Of a stretch of 64,000 nt of DNA, positions 32,001 to 43,551 are shown piece after piece; the stretch's first letter is position 1, and each line of letters starts with the position of its first letter. The stretch spans positions 744,001 to 808,000 of the forward strand of contig OZ251241.1 of assembly GCA_965240325.2 (NCBI GenBank), given 5' to 3'. The notes under the pieces were generated by a model. It was not told the origin of the DNA, made no database searches, and saw only the letters and a program-made list of their open reading frames with translations. The translations under genes and the position numbers were made by a program. Source of the DNA: Rebecca billardiae RCC1528. Its lineage: Eukaryota > Protista > Haptophyta.

Positions 32001-35000
32001 CGACGCTGTGCTACCAGTTCGTCGGGCTGCCGTGGACCGCCTTCGCCTCCTCCACCATCTCCGTCGCCTTCTCCGCCAACCCGTTTGCGCTGATCGACGT
32101 GCAGCGCGTGACGCCGACAGGCTCCGCGTTCGGCGCCGGCACCGAGATCGCAATCTCGGGGAGCTCGGGCTTCGAGGCGGACGCGGCGGACGTGGCGGCG
32201 GGCGTGCAGCGCATCGCGGAGTGGCACGCGAGCGCGGAGCGCATCGCCGCCGCCGGCGACTCCGGCGCCTCCGCCTTCTGCCGCTTCTCCGGCTTCAGCC
32301 AGGAGCCGACGACGCGGCTCACGCCCATCCAGTCCGTCGGCAGCGCGCGGCTCAGGTGTGCCGCGCCCGCCGACACGGTGCGCGTGGACACGGTGACGCT
32401 CGAGCTGGTCGCGCTGGGCTGCGACGAGGCGGAGGCGGCGAGCGGCGTGTGCGACCCCGTCGCCGTGACCAAGCGCTACTCGATCTACCGCCTCTCCGAG
32501 GTGCGCGCGCTGCGCATCACGCCGGCGGGCACTCCCCAAGGGCTGGACAACAATCGCATCACGGTGTCGGGCTGGGAGGCGGGCGGCGGGCGGCTCGACG
32601 CGTACAAGGACCTGGGCCGGCTGACCGCGCGCGTGCGGCTGCCGTCGGGCCGCACGCGCGACGTCTCCGGCACCCTCCCGGACCAGGGCCTCTCCGACCT
32701 CCTCACAGTCCTGCCCTACGTCTCGCCGGTCGGCGTGGGCACGCGCCTCACGCTCGCGGTCGACGTCTCGCTCGACGGCGCGTCCTTCACGGCGGACAGC
32801 CCGACGTTCACGATGTACAACGCGCTGGTGGAGGCGGGCGCGCCGGCGGGCGGCGCGATCGGCGCGACGTCCGCGCTCACGCTCGAGGGCGTCGGCTTCG
32901 TCAAGCTGCGCGACGACCAGGACGTGGCCACGTGCATCTACACGCGCGACGGGCGCTCGAGCTCCGTGCCCGCGGCCGTGCTCAGCGAGCAGGCGGCGGT
33001 GTGCGCCGCGCCGGCGGACGCGCGCGCGGGCGTGTACGAGGTGTCGCTCTCGCTGAACGGCGGGTTCCACGTCGACCCGTTCTCGTTCGACCCCGTCGAG
33101 TTCGAGCTGTACGACATCGACGGCGTGAGCGTGAGCGCCGTCGAGCCGCCCGGAGGGCCGGTGGGCGGCGGCACGGTCGTCACGCTCTCGGGCTCAGGCT
33201 TTGCCGACTACGGCACCGCCGCGGGCGTCGCGCAGCTGGGCTGCGTGGTGACGGGCGCGGACGGCGTGCCCTCCGCGCCGATCGGCGCGACGCTGCTCCC
33301 CAACCCGCCGCGCGTGCAGTGCGAGATGCCGCCCGCGCCCGCCGGCGCCGCGGGCAACGTGACCGTCGAGGTGACGCTGAACGCTGGCGCGCCCGGCACC
33401 GTCACGGCCTCGGGTCAGCACTTCATGTACTACGCGCCGCCGACGCTGTCGTCGATCTCGTCGACGAGCGCGGCGGCGGACGGCGGCGAGCTCGTCACGA
33501 TCGGCGGCACGGGCTTCGACGGGCTGCGCGCGTTCGACCCCGCGCTCGGCCGCTACCTGCGCGTGCGCTTCGGCTCGGTCGTCGCCCGGCCGCCGGTCGA
33601 GTTCGACGCCGCAAGCGTGAGCGTGCGCACGCCGTACGGCGACGAGGGGCCGCGCGCGGTGACGGTCTCGCTGAACGGGCAGCAGTGGAGCGACGCGTCG
33701 GACGGCGTGAGCATCGAGTACGTCGGGCTGCACGCGCCCGAGATCGCGCTCGCGCGCTTCTCCGAGCTCGGCACGTTCCTCGAAGTTTCGTTCGGGGCGC
33801 AGCCGACCGACCGCGCGGGCATGCAGAGCGTGGGCGCGTGCGCGGAGGTGCTGGACGAGGAGACGGTGGCGACGCTGCGCGGGGCGGGCACCGGCGCGCC
33901 GCAGTGCTACTGGCAGGACGACGTCACGCTGATCGCGTACCTCACCATCCAGACCGCCGCCGCGCCGGGCATGACCGTGCGCACGCGCGCGGGCGCGCTC
34001 GCGCCGCGCGCCACGCCCGCCGGCTCGAGCCCCAAGTTCGCCAACAGCTCGTACGTCGTCGACCCGGACTTCCCGTGCGGCGGGCGCACGGCGCCGTGCG
34101 CCACGCCGAGCGTCACGCTCGCCGGCATGACCGCCATCTCCGCGTGCCCGTCCGACGTCCTCCGCATCGACGGCACCGAGACGGCGCGCGGCGGTCTCAA
34201 GCCCCTCACCTACCAGTGGCGCGTCGACCCGTCGGTCTCCGACTTCGCCGCCGAGCTGAACGCGCGGCTGCGCGCGCTCGACGGCACGGCGAGCCGCGTG
34301 CTCGAGCTCGGCGAGCTGCGCGGCGACGGCTGGACCTTCCAGGTGCGCGTGCGCTCCTTCCTCGGCGTGTGGTCGCCGCTGGCGCGGTGGCGCGTCGAGC
34401 GCACGCCCTTCCCGTCGCCCTCGATCCGAATGGAAGTGCCGGCGCTGCTCGAGGTGAAGCCGTCGGAGGAGCGGATGCTCACGGCGACCACGTCGACGGC
34501 GCCGTGCTTCGAGGGGGCCAACGGCATCGCCTTCAGCTGGACCCACGTGCAGACCGTCGTCACCGCCACGGGCGCGGCGGTGGGCGCGGCGTCGGCGGTT
34601 CCACCCGCCCTCTCGAGCGCGCTCGCGGCCGCGACCACGCCGCAGCTGCTCATCCCCGGGCTGACGCTCACGCCGGGCAACAGCTACACGCTGCGCTTCA
34701 ACGCGAGCATGGTGTCCGAGCCCTCCGCCTCCTCCTCCGCGCAGCTCACCCTCGCCGTCACCGACGAGCCGCTCGTCGTGCTCGTCGCCTCGCCCACCCG
34801 GCAGGTGTCGGAGTCGGCGACTGTCGTGATCGATGGCTCGGCGTCCTACGACCCGAACGACCCGACGGACGCGCTGTCGAGCTTCGAGTTCTCGCTGGTG
34901 GGCTCGCCCGCGGTGGAGGTGCTGCCGTCGTACTACTCGGACGACGGCCGCGTCGTCACGCTGCCGCCGGGCACGCTGCGCGCGGGCACCACCTACACGT

Positions 35001-38000
35001 TCACCTTCCGCGGCGCCAAGGGCGAGCGCGAGGCGTCGGCGTCGCTCAGCGTGGGCGTGCTGGCCGAGCCCGTTCCGACGGTCGAGATCTCGTCGTCGGT
35101 GGCCGCGCTCAAGCTGAACGCGAACGAGCAGCTCAAGCTCATCGGCGCCGCGGAGCAGCCCGGCGGCGGCTCCTCCGAGTACACGTACGCGTGGAGCCTC
35201 TCGGCCGGCCCGGCGCTCGGCAGCTCGCTGCAGGCCGCCACCACGACGGGGCTGAACAAGGAGAACCTGGTGCTCAAGCCGGGCGTGCTCGCGCCCGGCG
35301 CGGTGTACACGTTCCGGCTGTCGGCGACGGAGCGCGGCGGGAGCGCGGGCACGGCGTTCGCCGAGCTCACCATCCTGACCAACCGCCCGCCATTCGGCGG
35401 CGTCGTCAGCTCGAGCCCGAGCGCAGGCAGCGCGCTGCTCACGCGGTTTGAACTCGAGGCCGCGGGCTGGACGGACGACGACCCGAACGACCTGCCGCTC
35501 ACGTACCGCTTCTGCGAGGGGAGCAAGGTGCTGACGGAGCAGTCGCTCTCCAAGTTCGCCTCGATGTTCCTCGACGCGGGCACGCACGAGATCACCGTCG
35601 AGGTCTACGACTTCTACAACGGGCGCGGCGCCGCCTCGGTCGAGGTCGAGGTGGGCGCGACCACGGTCACGCGCCAAGTCACCAGCCAGACGCTCGGCAC
35701 CTCCGGGCAGATCGTGTCGGAGGGGCGCGCGAACGAGGGGCTCTCGCTGCTCAACGCGCTCTCGCGCGCCTCCGGCGGCGGCCGCGCCCGCGGCGCCGCC
35801 GCCAACCGCCGCGCGCTGCAGCTCGACGAAGACACGCTCGTCGCCGGCACCAACGTCACGTATGCGCAGGCGCGGGCGTCCGAGATGATCGATCTCGTGC
35901 GGCGCGCGCAGCTGTCGCAGCTCGCGACGGACTCGACGGTGGCGATCGTGGTGCAGGCGCTGGCCGACGCGATCGACATCGAGCCGAGCGCCGTGCTCGT
36001 CCCCGCGCAGCTCGTCGCCGTCGCCGTGCTCAAGCTGGCCGCGGGCGCGGCGAGCGGCGCGCTCGCCGCTGACGCTCGAACGCTGATGCTCACCGCGGCC
36101 GATCAGCTGTTCACCGCCATCGACAGCGCGGCGGAGGCGGAGGCGGCGGCGCTCGCGGCGGCGCCGAACGCCACTGAGCCGGGCGTCACGCCGTTCAACG
36201 CCTCCGACCCCGCGGACGCGCTCCGCCTCTCCGCCGCCGAGCTCACTGACTTCGTGTTGCACTCGTTCATGCCGGTGCTTCTGGCCGGCACGGTCGCGGG
36301 CGAGGAGCCCGCGTCGCTCAGCTTCCCGTCGCTCGCCGTGCTCGCGTCGCGCGTGCTCGGCGCGGGGCTGCCGGGCGCGCAGATCGGCGCGCCCGACGGC
36401 GGCGCGCTCGTCTCGCTCCCCGCCGGCGACTCCCTCCTCGGCGCGCTCGGCGCCGCCGCCGCCGACGCGGTGTCCCTCATGCTGGTCGAGTGGAAGCGCG
36501 ACACGCGCACCGGCTTCGATGTGCGCGCGCCGACGGTGCTCGCGCCGCCGCTGTCGTTCTGGCTCGCGGACGGCGACGGCGCGGAGTACGCGGTGAGCCG
36601 GCTCGGCGCGAGCGGCCTCATCCAGATCTCGATCCCAGTGCCGCCGCAGCCGGCGGTCACGGGCGCGGGCAACTGCACCGAGTTCGCCCTGTGCTCGGGC
36701 AACGGCGCGTGCGTCGACGGCGGCTGCGCGTGCGCGGACGGCTGGTTCGGCCCGTCGTGCGACCTGCGCGCGCGCTGCGCGTACTGGGACGAGGCGGCGC
36801 TCGGCTGGCGCCTCGGCGGCGTGCGCACGCGCGCCTACTTCAACGGCACGCTCACGTGCGCCACCGACCACCTGACAGAGTTCGGGGCGCTTGGGCTCGC
36901 GCCCGCCGAGCCAGACGTTGACAGCGGCGGCGGCGGCGGCGGCGGCGAGGAGAGCGAGGCGTCGTCGGGCTCGCAGGTGTCGGGGATCGCGGAGACGCTG
37001 TTCACCTCGGTCGGGCTGATCGCCGCCGTCGCCGTGCTCTCTGGCGTCACGCTCGTCGTCGTCGTCGGCACGAGCGTCGCCGAGGCGCGCGTGCCGCTCG
37101 GCGTGCGCAACACGGCGCGGCTGCAGCGCGCGGCCGCGCGCTCGGCCGTCGCGGCCAAGCACCGGCTGCAGGCGCGCAAGCCGTCGGAGGCGCGGCTGCC
37201 GTTCGGCATGCGCGTGCGGTATGCGCTCGAGGACAACTTCTCCCTCCTCGCCCTCTCGATCGGCGAGGCGGAGCCCGGGCTCACGCGCCCCGCTCTCGCA
37301 CTCACGGTGTGCACGCAGCTGATGCTGCAGCTGTGTCTGCAGGCGGCCTTCTTCTCGGGCGCGCTGGGCTGGCTGGGGCCGGAGGCGGTGGGCACGGCGT
37401 CGGGCGGCGGCCTCGCGCTGCACGCGACGCTGTGCGCGCTCCTTGCGCTGCCCGCGCTCTACCTGACGCGCGTGCTCTTCGCCCTCGGCCACAGCCTGCC
37501 GTGGTCCGCGTACCCGTGGCGGCTGGTGCGCGGCGCGGTGGTGACGGTGGCTTATGCGGCGGGCGGGCGGCGGCGGCGGTGGGACCGGGCGCGGCGGCCG
37601 AGCAGCTCGCGCTCGGCGTCGCGGCCGACGACGGCAGGGGGCGTAGGGCAGACCACGCCGGTCCCGACCGCCGAGGCCGAGCGCGCCTCCGCCGCGGGCC
37701 GCCCGCCGCCGCCCTCGGACCTGCCCCCCGTGCAGGAGGCGGAATCGTCGCCGGCGGTCGCGCCGGGCGCGCCCGCGGGCGCGGACGGCGGCGGCTCGAT
37801 GCAGAAGCGCACGGGCGCGACGCCGCCCGCCGCGCGGCCGATGCCGCCGCCCACCGGCCCGCCGGGGCTGCAGCCGCCCACTGTGCGCCCCATCCAAACC
37901 CGCGTGCCCCCGCCCGCCGGCCTGCGCGAGCGCATCGGCGTGCCCTACATCAACCCCGGCTCCGTGGCGCACTCGCGCGCGGGCTCTGAGATCAGCGGCC

Positions 38001-39833
38001 CGTCGTGCGCGAGCCGGGCGGGTGTGCCCTCGGCCGCGGCGGCGCAGCTGCGCGCGCAGCAGCGCAGCGAGGCGCTGCGCGCGCGCATCCCGCCGCCCGC
38101 GCCGGGCGGCGCCGGCGCGGACGGCGGCGGCGGCGCGGCCGCCTCCCAGCCCGTCCCGATGAAGCGAGATCGCGTGCCGCCGCCGTGGGAACTGTCGAAG
38201 CGGCTCTCGTCTCAAGGCTCGCAGGGGCAGACCCCGCCAAAGGGGTCGGGCGCGAGCGCGGCGGGCGCGAGCGCGGCGAGCGCTCCGCCGCCGCGCGCCG
38301 CCGCAGCCGCCGCTGCGCCCGCCGCGGCCGGCGCGGCGTCGACGCCAGATACGCAGCGCCGCACGCGCGCGCCCGTGCCGCCGCCGCCCGCCGGCGGCCC
38401 CAACTCACAGCAAGGGCCGGCGCCCGGCAGCGGGCGACGCTCGTCGGGAGCGGGCGCGCCCGGCGCGGCGCCGAGCGGCAGCACGCCGCCGCGCGTCGTC
38501 GGCGGCGCCACCCCCGGAGCGCGCCGCGCGCCGCTCGGCGCAGGCCGCGCCCCCTCCACCGGCACTCGGTGTGCGCACGCGCGCGCGCGCCCGCCGCGCG
38601 AGCGCCCTGCCGCCGCGCGCGCACGCGCGCGCGGGCGGCCGCGCCGCGCCGCGCCGCGCCGCCGCGCGGCCGCGCGCACGCCGCCGCTCACGCGCCCGCG
38701 GCCGCCCCCGCGCGCGCGCCGCGCAGCGTGACGCCCGTGCGTGGCGGCGCTGCCCCTGGCCCCGGCGCGAGGCCCGCCCTGGACATCTCGCGCGACTCGT
38801 CCCTGCTCCGCACGAGCGCGCAGCAGCGGCCGCAGGCGACTCGCGTGGAGGTGCCGGCGGCGGGCGGCGCGCCGCCGGCGCCGACTCCGGCGCCGGCACC
38901 GACCGAGGGGCCTGCTGAGCCGCCGCCGCCGCAGCCGCCGCCCTCGCCCGGCGCGCCGAGCCCGCCGCACAGCCCGCGCTACGCCGCCAGCCTGCCGCCG
39001 CCCTCGCCCGGCGCGCCGAGCCCGCCGCCGCGCAGCCCGCGCGTGCTCGCCACAAGTCTGCCTCCCAGCCCGCGCGGGCCATCGGAGCCCGCGGACGAGC
39101 CGATGGCGGCGGCGGAGGCCGGCGGCGGCGGCGGCGGCGAAGCGGCGGCCGTGCAGCCCGCGCCGCCGCGCCCCACCCCCGCCACGCTAGGCTCGCAGCC
39201 CACGGCGGGCATCTTCAACCTGCAGGCGCTACAGACCGCCGCCGGCGCCGCGCCCAAGGGCGGCAAGTACTCCGTCGACGACGAGGGCGGCGCTGGGCAC
39301 GCCAAGACGCGCTCGCCCGCAGAGATGGCCAAGGTGCGCGCAGGGCTGCGCGGGCGCGCACCGCGCAGCGCGCGCGCGCGCTCAGCCCTGACTGAGTCTG
39401 CGCGCACGCCCTCGTCCGCCCACCGCCCCGCCCCGCCCGCCTCCGCGCGCGCCCCGCGCCGCCCCGCGCCGCCGGCTCGCCGCCCCGCGCCGCCCGCAGC
39501 TGATTGCTGGCTGGGCCGTGCAGGTGGGCCTCTTTGCGGCGCTCGCGGCCGTGTGTCTGGTGCTCGGCATCGGCCTCGATCCGGACACGACGGCCCTGGC
39601 CCTGGGCGCATGGGCGGTGCGCGCACGCCCCGCGTGCACCGGCCGCGCCGGCGCGCGCGCGCGCCTCACCCAAGCAGCACACCAACACGCGCGCCTGACA
39701 CCCACGCGCCACCCGCGCCTCGGCCTTGCAGATCGCGACGGCGGAGACCTTCGTGGCCTTCGAGCCGCTCGCGATCGTGATCTCCGCCATCTTCTCGCAC
39801 ATCGTCGCCGGTGTGCTCGGCACCGAGACCTGA
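16616..39833 (+). CDS. Giant polycystin-1-like (REJ/GPS) membrane protein with (SPPP)n extensin-like rod, ~7,590 aa (exons 16616-38568, 38727-39333, 39500-39616, 39732-39833)
   Basis: Signal peptide MRVTRSWLAAALSLLLLAAPVAS; ~4,160 aa of SPPP; nine GxGVxxGD...LCYxF modules; about five IPT/TIG-like repeats (e.g. VEPPGGPVGGGTVVTLSGSGF); REJ-like (IDGSASYDPND, NRPPFGG...GWTDDDPNDLPLTYRF); EGF (CSGNGACVDGGCACADGWFGPSC); GPS (CAYWDE...W...CATDHL/TEFG). TM1-3 lie in exon 1. Three GT-AG introns add TM4 and TM5 (...TFVAFEPLAIV...) and a stop, all in frame. Confidence 0.85.
16688..29176 (+). repeat. Coding 12-nt tandem repeat (Ser-Pro-Pro-Pro)n, ~12.5 kb, with 195-nt and 228-nt higher-order units
   Basis: AGC/TCN CCN CCN CCN repeated about 1,000 times; synonymous-codon landmarks recur every 195 nt (about 19.9-21.9 kb) and every 228 nt (about 24.8-26.6 kb). 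Confidence 0.97.
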
Positions 39834-40239
39834 GCGCGCGCCTCACTCGAACCCGTCTGTCTGCGCGCGGCGCCTTCCTAGTTCCTGCGGCTCGGCCCTC
39901 GGGAGGCCGCGCCGAGCGCCGGCGTCGTCCGCCCGCCGTCAGGGCGCGCAGTCGCCGCGGCCGCCGAGAGGCGACGCTGCGCTGCCCGCCCGTGTTGTCT
40001 CGCACACCACTGGTGAAGCCCATTCAGTGGGCCAGCACCGAGCGTCTGCCGCGCTCAGCCCCGCCAACGACTGTGGGCTTGTTGTTGCGGCGCTGAGGCG
40101 CGCGGCGCACGCCGCGCCATTCAGTCAGCTTCTTCATCCGTCCGACTCCAGCGCACACGCTGAGTCCGTTCTGTCCGAGCATAGCATGTTGTGACGCACC
40201 ACCTACAGTCCCATCCACGTAGCATCCTTTGTGCACGGG

Positions 40240-42175
40240 CGAGGGTAGTAAGGGTGCGCAACTCCGCTGGCGACAGCCGCGGAGGTCGGGAGGGCCAAGG
40301 GAGGTCCGGGCCGGGAGCTCCCAGCGAGCGGCCAGCGCGACATCACCTCAAGGTTTTTTCCTGAGCGCCGGGCGGCAGCGGCGGCGAGGGCGGTGCTCCG
40401 CTGGCGGGGCGCGCACGGGGCACGGCGCTGCGGGCGCGGATGTGCCCGCAGAGCCGGCGCGTGCGGACGGGCTGTTGCGGGAGAGCATCTGGCGCCCTCC
40501 TGCGCCGCGCGCATTGCGCCACGCCTCTTTCGCCTTGACTCAGGGCAGCGCGCACATGCGCGCCGCGTCAAGGCCAGCCTTGCCGCGCCGCAGCCGACCG
40601 CGCGCGCGCCGTGCGCGGCGTGGTCGGGAAGGAACGGGCGTGGCTGCCGGGCGAGATGGCGACATCACGTGCGCACGCCATGCCGCCCCGCCACGCCTTG
40701 ACGAGCGTGTCGCCGGTCCGTTTGCACGCCTCTTCGAGTTGTCTCAAATGGTCTGCACGGCCTCGCGGTCGCGACCCTTGTCGGGACGATCATTGAGACA
40801 CAGAACAGTGCCAGACGGGCACGCGGACTACTCTTACATGAATGTCCATCACCACGTGGCCATGTAGAAGTGCTGGGTGCGACGCTTTCCTCGCGCTGAT
40901 GCACTTTCATCATCTTTTTCGAGCTCAGGTCTGGCTTCAGGCACGGCAAGAAATCAGCACTCGTCAACAGCTGTGCGGATCCGTTATCGCGCCCTTTCGC
41001 GGCGCCGCGGGACGACATGGCGTGCGCACGTGATGTCGCCATCTCGCCCGGCAGCCGCGCCCGTTCCTTCCCGACCACGCCGCGCACGGCGCGCGTGCGG
41101 TCGGCTGCGGCGCGGCAAGGCTGGCCTTGACGCAGCGCGCATGTGCGCGCTGCCCTGAGTCAAGGCGAAAGAGGCGTGGCGCAATGCGCGCGGCGCAGGA
41201 GGGCGCCAGATGCTCTCCCGCAACAGCCCGTCCGCACGCGCCGGCTCTGCGGACACATCCGCGCCCGCAGCGCCGTGCCCCGTGCGCGCCCCGCCAGCGG
41301 AGCACCGCCCTCGCCGCCGCTGCCGCCCGGCGCTCAGGAAAAACCTTGAGGTGATGTCGCGCTGGCCGCTCGCTGGGAGCTCCCGGCCCGGACCTCCCTT
41401 GGGAGGGCTCTGTTTGCCTCGGCGAGCGGTGCGAGCGGAGCGGAGCGAGTACTATCAGCGGCGGAGGGCGGCGAGGCCGCGCACGGCGTGAGGCGCGACG
41501 TCGGCCGAGTCGGTCCGCAGAGGATGCGCGGCGCTCGGCCCGCTGCGCAGCAGCAGTGCGCCTCACTTTGCCCCGAGCGCCGTCCTCCTCGTCGCCTCCT
41601 TCCCGCCTTGGAGCAGCACGCATGTGCGCGCCGCCACAATGAAGGCGGCACGGGCTCGCTCGGAAGACCGCGCGCGCGTGGCGCGCGACTTGGTCGGCTG
41701 CGCGCGCGCGCTGCCGCGGGGCAAGGTAGCGCCATCGAATGCGCGCGCCGTGCCCGCGCGAGAGCGTGTACGCGCACGTGGGTGCGAGCTCACACGCATG
41801 CCGAATGCTGCCTGCGCATCCGACTTGCCGACTGTCGTGAAGCTGGAAAAGAAAGCGGCGTGAGTGTTGGTACCATCGATGCCGAGCCTTAGCTTCCACT
41901 TGCATTCGTGCTGAGAAGGAATACACAAGACTTGGCCTTCGTCCTGGCTTTCCAATGTCACTCAACGCCCTGCTAATCGACCCGAACAGTGCCTGCGTGA
42001 GGCACAGCGAACCATTTGTGAGAGCAAGCAGGCGCCTCACGCCGTGCGCGGCCTCGCCGCCCTCCGCCGCTGATAGTACTCGCTCCGCTCCGCTCGCACC
42101 GCTCGCCGAGGCAAACAGAGCCCTCCCGACCTCCGCGGCTGTCGCCAGCGGAGTTGCGCACCCTTACTACCCTTG
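40240..42175. mobile_element. Outer non-autonomous DNA transposon (144-bp TIRs, 7-bp TSD GCACGGG)
   Basis: Left TIR = 40240-40295 + 41409-41496 (split by the inner element); right TIR = 42032-42175. Ends CGAGGG...CCCTTG. GCACGGG at 40233-40239 and 42176-42182. Confidence 0.9.
40296..41401. mobile_element. Inner fold-back MITE (~390-bp TIRs, 7-bp TSD GGAGGGC) inserted in the outer element's left TIR
   Basis: 40296-~40690 is the near-perfect reverse complement of ~41007-41401. Ends CAAGGG...CCCTTG. GGAGGGC at 40289-40295 and 41402-41408. Confidence 0.92.
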
Positions 42176-42618
42176 GCACGGGCTCCGTTGCGTGCGTCTC
42201 CGGTGCTGATTGTCATCAACCACCGAGAACCCGCGGAATAAGTCGTTGTAAGTCGTTTCGTTGCGATCAGTGATCAAGGGCAGTGATCTTCTCGAAGGCG
42301 ATCTGCATCGCGATATGATAAGCCCGCCAGTCACAACCAAGATGCCGCAATCTCCAGCTTGCAGCCAAGCGTTTCCATGGGGCGGATCGGCACGGCGGCC
42401 GCGGTTTTGCTTTGAGAGAATCGTTCTGACGGCTGGACCGCTTGAACCAGAGATACCCACCTTCTCGACTCATCTGCCGAACGCGCGATTCGCTCGGCCG
42501 CGGCGCCCCAGCCAATCAGAGCAAGGCGCCAGGCGCCCGAGCCGAGCGCACCCCGGCCTGCAACCAACCAGCCGACATCCGATTCCCCCGACGCGCAGTG
42601 CCACACCGACCGACCGTC

Positions 42619-43551
42619 ATGCTCGTGTACGCCCTTGCCCTGCTCTCGGCGGCGCACGTGCCGTCGCGCTTCGCCGCGCCGGGCGCGCGCGCGTGCACGA
42701 CCGCCCCCACCGCGGCCGGCGTGCACATGGGCTACGTCCCGGACGGCCTCACCAAGGAGCAGTACGAGAAGATCAAGAAGAAGGAGCGCGAGGCGCAGGC
42801 CAACCTCGGCGCGACCGGCACGAACCGCTTCCAGTCGCGCTCGATGTACGCCTTCCAGAAGGCGCTCGAGAGGGGCGAGGCGACGCACCTCTTCCCGGTC
42901 TCGCCTGAGAAGGTGAAGAAGGGCGAGATCAAGCTCGAGGTGCGCGCGGTGCCGCGCGGCGTCGCGCATGCGCAGCGCGCGCGCGGGCGCGCGCGCGCTG
43001 ACGCTCCCGCGCACGCGCGCGCACGGTGCGCCCCGCCCGACGGCTCGCAGGACGTGCCGTACATGCAGCGCAGGGGTGGGCGGTGGGACCAGACCGACGT
43101 GAAGGGCGCGAAGAAGCGCAACTGGAACAAGTGGGACGAGGCGTACGAGAAGTCGGGCCGCGGCGCCGACGCGTCTGTGAGCATTTTCGGCGGCGACAAC
43201 CTGCCCTGGACGAGCAAGAGCCTCAAGGGGATGTCCAAGGGGCCGGACGCGGAGATGATCCGCCAGTGGAAGCGCATGGGCGTGAAGGGTGCGCGCCGCG
43301 CCGTGCGCTCGCCCCACGCCTGGCGCACACACGCTGGCACCGTGCGCGCCGCGCCCCTTTCCTGTCCTAACCGCTGCCGCTGCCGCTGCCGCTGCCGCTG
43401 CCGCTGCCGCTTCCACTGTGCCGCTGCCGCTGCTGCCGCCACTGCCGCCGCAGTTGACAAGAACGGCAACCCGATCACGGCGGCGAGCGCGAAGGCGAAG
43501 GCGGGCGCGGAGGCCGCGCCGAAGAAGAAGGGCCTCTTCGGCCTCTTCTAA
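42619..43551 (+). CDS. Small protein of unknown function, likely plastid-targeted (exons 42619-42939, 43051-43288, 43454-43551)
   Basis: Signal plus transit-like leader ending VHM/GYVPDG; core FQSRSMYAFQKALERGEATHLFPV...DVPYMQRRGGRWD resembles, from memory, a conserved protein of red-lineage algae. C-terminus KKKGLFGLF. Two GT-AG introns (111 and 165 nt). Confidence 0.75.
   Translation: MLVYALALLSAAHVPSRFAAPGARACTTAPTAAGVHMGYVPDGLTKEQYEKIKKKEREAQANLGATGTNRFQSRSMYAFQKALERGEATHLFPVSPEKVKKGEIKLEVRAVPRGVAHAQRARGRARADAPAHARARCAPPDGSQDVPYMQRRGGRWDQTDVKGAKKRNWNKWDEAYEKSGRGADASVSIFGGDNLPWTSKSLKGMSKGPDAEMIRQWKRMGVKGARRAVRSPHAWRTHAGTVRAAPLSCPNRCRCRCRCRCRCRFHCAAAAAAATAAAVDKNGNPITAASAKAKAGAEAAPKKKGLFGLF

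Noticed and set aside
28445-38215. Long alternative-frame ORFs (1005, 1289, 1673 aa) over the giant gene
   Set aside because: Arg/Ala/Gly-rich shadows of a GC3-rich coding frame.
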